A stretch of 64,000 bases of DNA from Neovahlkampfia damariscottae. Taxonomy: Eukaryota. Shown one piece after another: positions 60,731 through 64,000 of the stretch. A program made the position numbers and the translations under genes. The notes below the pieces were generated by a model. The model made no database searches. It was not told the DNA's origin and worked only from the letters and a program-made list of their open reading frames with translations. The stretch spans positions 62,001-126,000 of the forward strand of contig JABLTG010000030.1 in assembly GCA_016618085.1 (NCBI GenBank), written 5' to 3'. How positions within the stretch are numbered: position 1 is the first letter of the stretch; each line of letters begins with the position of its first letter.

Positions 60731-63188
60731 ATGAGTGAAAAAAAAAAGAAAGGAGGAAGAATTTTTGTATTCACTAACAAAGAAACAAATGATAAATTCA
60801 AACAATTAAAACAATTATTTGAAGAACTCTCTGTAGACCTTAGTGAAATAAAAATCGACTCAAAAGTAAAAATTTATTAAATCTAAAAAATAAGCCATAT
60901 TTAAGCTCTAAAATGAGAGCATATTCAAAAACATCAGAAAAACCACCACTAATTTTTTTCAATTCAAAATTTTTTGGAGGTTTAGAAAAATTTCAAGAAG
61001 CCAAAGAAAACGATTTAGAAAATTTAAAAAATGAAATTGAAAACACCAAAGAAGAAGATCCAGGACATTTATATACAATTTATAAACAACAAAAAGATAT
61101 TTATGACATTCTACCTTCTTTTTGTTATTTTCCTCCACCACTAGGAAAAACAATAGTTTGTTCAATGAAAATTCATAATTTAACGGAAGGTATTAAAAAG
61201 AAAAAATAATTGAAAAATTAGATTCAACTGCTTTTAAAGTCAAAGCTACTGCACCAAAAAGGTATTCTGTAAAACCAAAAGAAGGAATTATAGGACCATT
61301 AGAATCAGATATCATTGAAAGTAAAAAATACACATTCTCTAAAACTAAATAGTCACTTTACAAAAGGATACTGTTGAAATTCCAATGGATATTGATAAGT
61401 TCAGAATTGAAGGAGTTAGAATTACAAAAAAGGATGATGTGTCCAATAAAAGTGTATCTGAAGTAGTAAGAAATGAATTTATTTTTTATTTTTTAAAAGT
61501 TCACAACTTATACAAAAACTATTTCAAAACAGACTATTGAAGCAAAATATACAACAGCTCCTTCAGATGTTAAAGTTACAACTTTTAATGATGGTATGTT
61601 ATTAATTGAATCACTTGCTGCTCCTCAAAGTTTAATGCCTGAATCTGCTGGTTCTCCTATGGTTCCTGTTGATCCGATCATTCATGATTATTTTGGAAAA
61701 AAAGATGAAGAAGAAAAATCACCAATAGAAGAAAAAGAAGAAGAAAAACTTGTTGAAGAAGTCAAACCTAAAGTTGAAGAAACTGAACCTATTGTTGAAA
61801 AAGTAGAAGAAAAACCTGTTGAAGAAGTCAAACCAAAAGTTGAAGAAGTGAAACCGATTGAAGAATCAAAAAAACCTGTTGAAACAATTGATAAGAAACA
61901 ATTGGATTCTTTGAAATCAATCAATAAAACACTGAATGAAGAAATTTCAAATTTAAAAAAACAAGTTGATCTATTGAGAGAAGAAAAAGAAACAGCTGTA
62001 TTTGAAGTAACAAAAAAAAAATCAATTGAAGTTTCAAATTTACAAAAAACAATTGAAAATAATGAAAAATTAATTTTTAGTTATAAACAAAAAGTTAATG
62101 AATTACAAGAAGAAGAAAGAAGATTGAATGATTCATATATTCAACAATTGAAAGATAAAGATACAAATATTGAAAATTTAAGTCAAGAGTATGAAAAACA
62201 TAAATCAGAATTAGAAGCTGAAAAAATGACTTTCAATGTAACAATTCAAGAATTAACAAATACAACTTCAGATTTGACATCAAAAATTCAAATTTTAACA
62301 CAAAAAATTCAAGAAATTGAACATGAAAATACCAATAAAGAAGCTGAAATTGATGAAAGAAAAGAACAAATTATTGAATTAAAAGAAATCATTTCAGAAA
62401 ATGAATCAAAGATTAGAGAATTAAATGATGATTTATTCAATAAACAAACAGAATTAAAAAGCAATTCAGAAACTATTGATTCATTAAAAAAACAAAAATC
62501 TGATTTAAAAGAAGAGATTAATGAATTCAATTCAAAAATTGAAAAATTAAATATAGACCTCACATTTAAAGATGAAGAAATTTCAAGTTTAAAAACAACA
62601 AATGAAAATTTGATTTCAAATGACACAACAGATGATCAAATAGCTCAAAATCAAAAATTAATTGACTCATTAAAAGATGAAGTTAAAAAATTGAAACTTG
62701 ATAGAGTTGATGTTGAAAAAATAAATAAATCAAAAGAAGAAATGATATCAAATTTGAATCAAGAAATTTTAGAGTTGAAAGAAAAAAATAATAATTTAGA
62801 AACACAACACTCAACAGAACATCAACAAAAAGATGAATTCTTGAAAAATGAAAAATCATTCAAGAAACAAATCACTGAAAAAGATGCTCAAATTACACAT
62901 TTGAAAGATACTGTTATCTCAAAAGAAGAAGAAATTGAAAAATTAAATGAAACGAAAAAAGTTTTATTTGATGAACATGATTTGGAAATTCAAAAAATTA
63001 AACAAGAAAAGAAAGATTTGGAATTAGAAATTAATCAATTAAAACAAGATTTGAAAGTACCAAAATCAATAGAAACAAAAACTCAACCACCAATAATTCA
63101 TCATCAAGATGATAATGATTTTTTGAAATTCTTTCAACCAATGATTTTTGCTATTATATTTGGATATCTCTTAAGATTTATTTTTTAA
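60731..63188 (+). CDS. VAP-like protein: glutaredoxin-like domain + MSP domain + long coiled coil + C-terminal TM, 4 introns
   Basis: PPLIFFNSKFFGGLE (Grx-like), MSP AFKVKATAPKRYSVKPKEGII..DKFRIE, tail anchor MIFAIIFGYLLRFIF. Confidence 0.8.
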
Positions 63189-63930
63189 GTGAATTTCTAT
63201 TTAAATCTCTATCAATAAAGATGAATTGAACTTTTTTTGTCAAATAAGAATAACATTCAAAATGTTTTGTTAATGTTCTTGCTGAGTAATTATATGGTAA
63301 TTTAAGAACAATAGCTGATGCTTCTCTTAAAACAAGTTTTGTAAATTCAACCATTCCATATGATTTTCCAGAATCGTCATTTAAATATAAATCTTCAATA
63401 ATATCAGAGTCTTGATAATTTGAGCCACCCCATGGAGGATCAGCAAATACACACGCATTCTTGAATGATGATACTTTTGATTCTTTTATCAACCAATCGA
63501 TGAAATTTCCTTGAACAAGTTCAACTTTTGCGTAGAATTTTTTTTGGTATAGTTCTATATTTTTTTCAAGATATTCAAATCTATTTTTATCTAATTCAAC
63601 TCCTATCACGTTCTTTACTCCTCTGTGAAGCGCAAACGACTTTAATTTTTAATTTTTTTTTTTTTTTTTTACTATTGTGTTTCCTCCTAAATTAGCTGTT
63701 GCATCAATAAATAATTTGAAGTCAAATCTATTCAAAGAATCATTTTGGTCCATAATCCATTTGGTGCATTTGTCAGCCATTTTATAAGGTGTAACAAAAG
63801 ATAAAGCAGCTTCTCCATCATAATGAGCTTGACCAGCGTGAGGAGGTGGAAAAAAATTATTTATATATTGTGAATATTTCTTTTCTGATTCGGTTTTTTG
63901 TTTTTTCAATGAAGGTTCTTCTTTGCTCAT
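63178..63930 (-). CDS. RNA cap guanine-N2 methyltransferase (TGS1-like), 1 intron
   Basis: LSFVTP, SAM motif IDATANLGGNTI, GVELD, VFADPPWGG, VLKLP. Confidence 0.82.
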
Positions 63931-64000
63931 TAAAAACTATTCAATTGTGTCCAATCAAAACTGCTGTATTTTATCAGAATTATAACACAAGAAAACTAGT

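Noticed and set aside
1..64000. Alternative genetic code or widespread pseudogenisation as the cause of fragmented ORFs
   Set aside because: Nearly all breaks are explained by GT-AG mini-introns, and TAA, TAG and TGA all end conserved proteins at the expected positions.
1..64000. U12-type (AT-AC or GTATCCTT) or other non-canonical introns
   Set aside because: Every junction I parsed could be read as GT-AG without a U12 donor motif.
1..64000. tRNA, rRNA, CRISPR arrays or prokaryotic systems
   Set aside because: No such signatures were seen, and gene content and introns are eukaryotic throughout.

Overview
Very AT-rich, extremely compact eukaryotic (protist) nuclear DNA using the standard genetic code. 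A heterolobosean- or amoeba-like origin is my guess and cannot be verified from the window. Reading across the splice junctions by hand gives about 39 protein-coding genes, separated mostly by 0-150 bp and interrupted by roughly 80 tiny GT-AG introns of about 26-47 nt. Many introns have an A-rich rather than pyrimidine-rich 3' end. Recognisable genes: GH99 endomannosidase, GNAT acetyltransferase, HMG-box, TPR, kinesin-8, FAN/NSMAF-like BEACH-WD40, an RNA ligase, NADAR/YbiA, UVSSA-like, golgin-84, DMAP1/Swc4, SRF-type MADS box, a divergent actin, ENY2, SDA1, NXT1, a gp78/Hrd1-like RING ligase, RhoGEF, a sterol desaturase-family protein, mitochondrial ACP, DAD1, PEPCK-like, VPS8, DUF676, VPS35L, a VAP-like protein and TGS1-like. 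The main finding is that the only three introns I found above the normal size range (74, 63 and 72 nt, in three unrelated genes) are each two normal-sized mini-introns joined at an internal AG|GT with a zero-nucleotide exon, consistent with recursive splicing. Other window-wide features: a CCAAT(CA) element next to nearly every start codon (sometimes overlapping the ATG) and inside several mini-introns, convergent genes sharing a palindromic TTAA double stop, and almost pure poly-A introns. Unusual proteins include a nucleotidyltransferase-RNA ligase-like fusion, a 2OG-Fe(II) oxygenase/F-box/actin-like fusion and a ~2,100-aa secreted vitellogenin-N-like repeat protein. All gene models are manual, with no RNA or database support.
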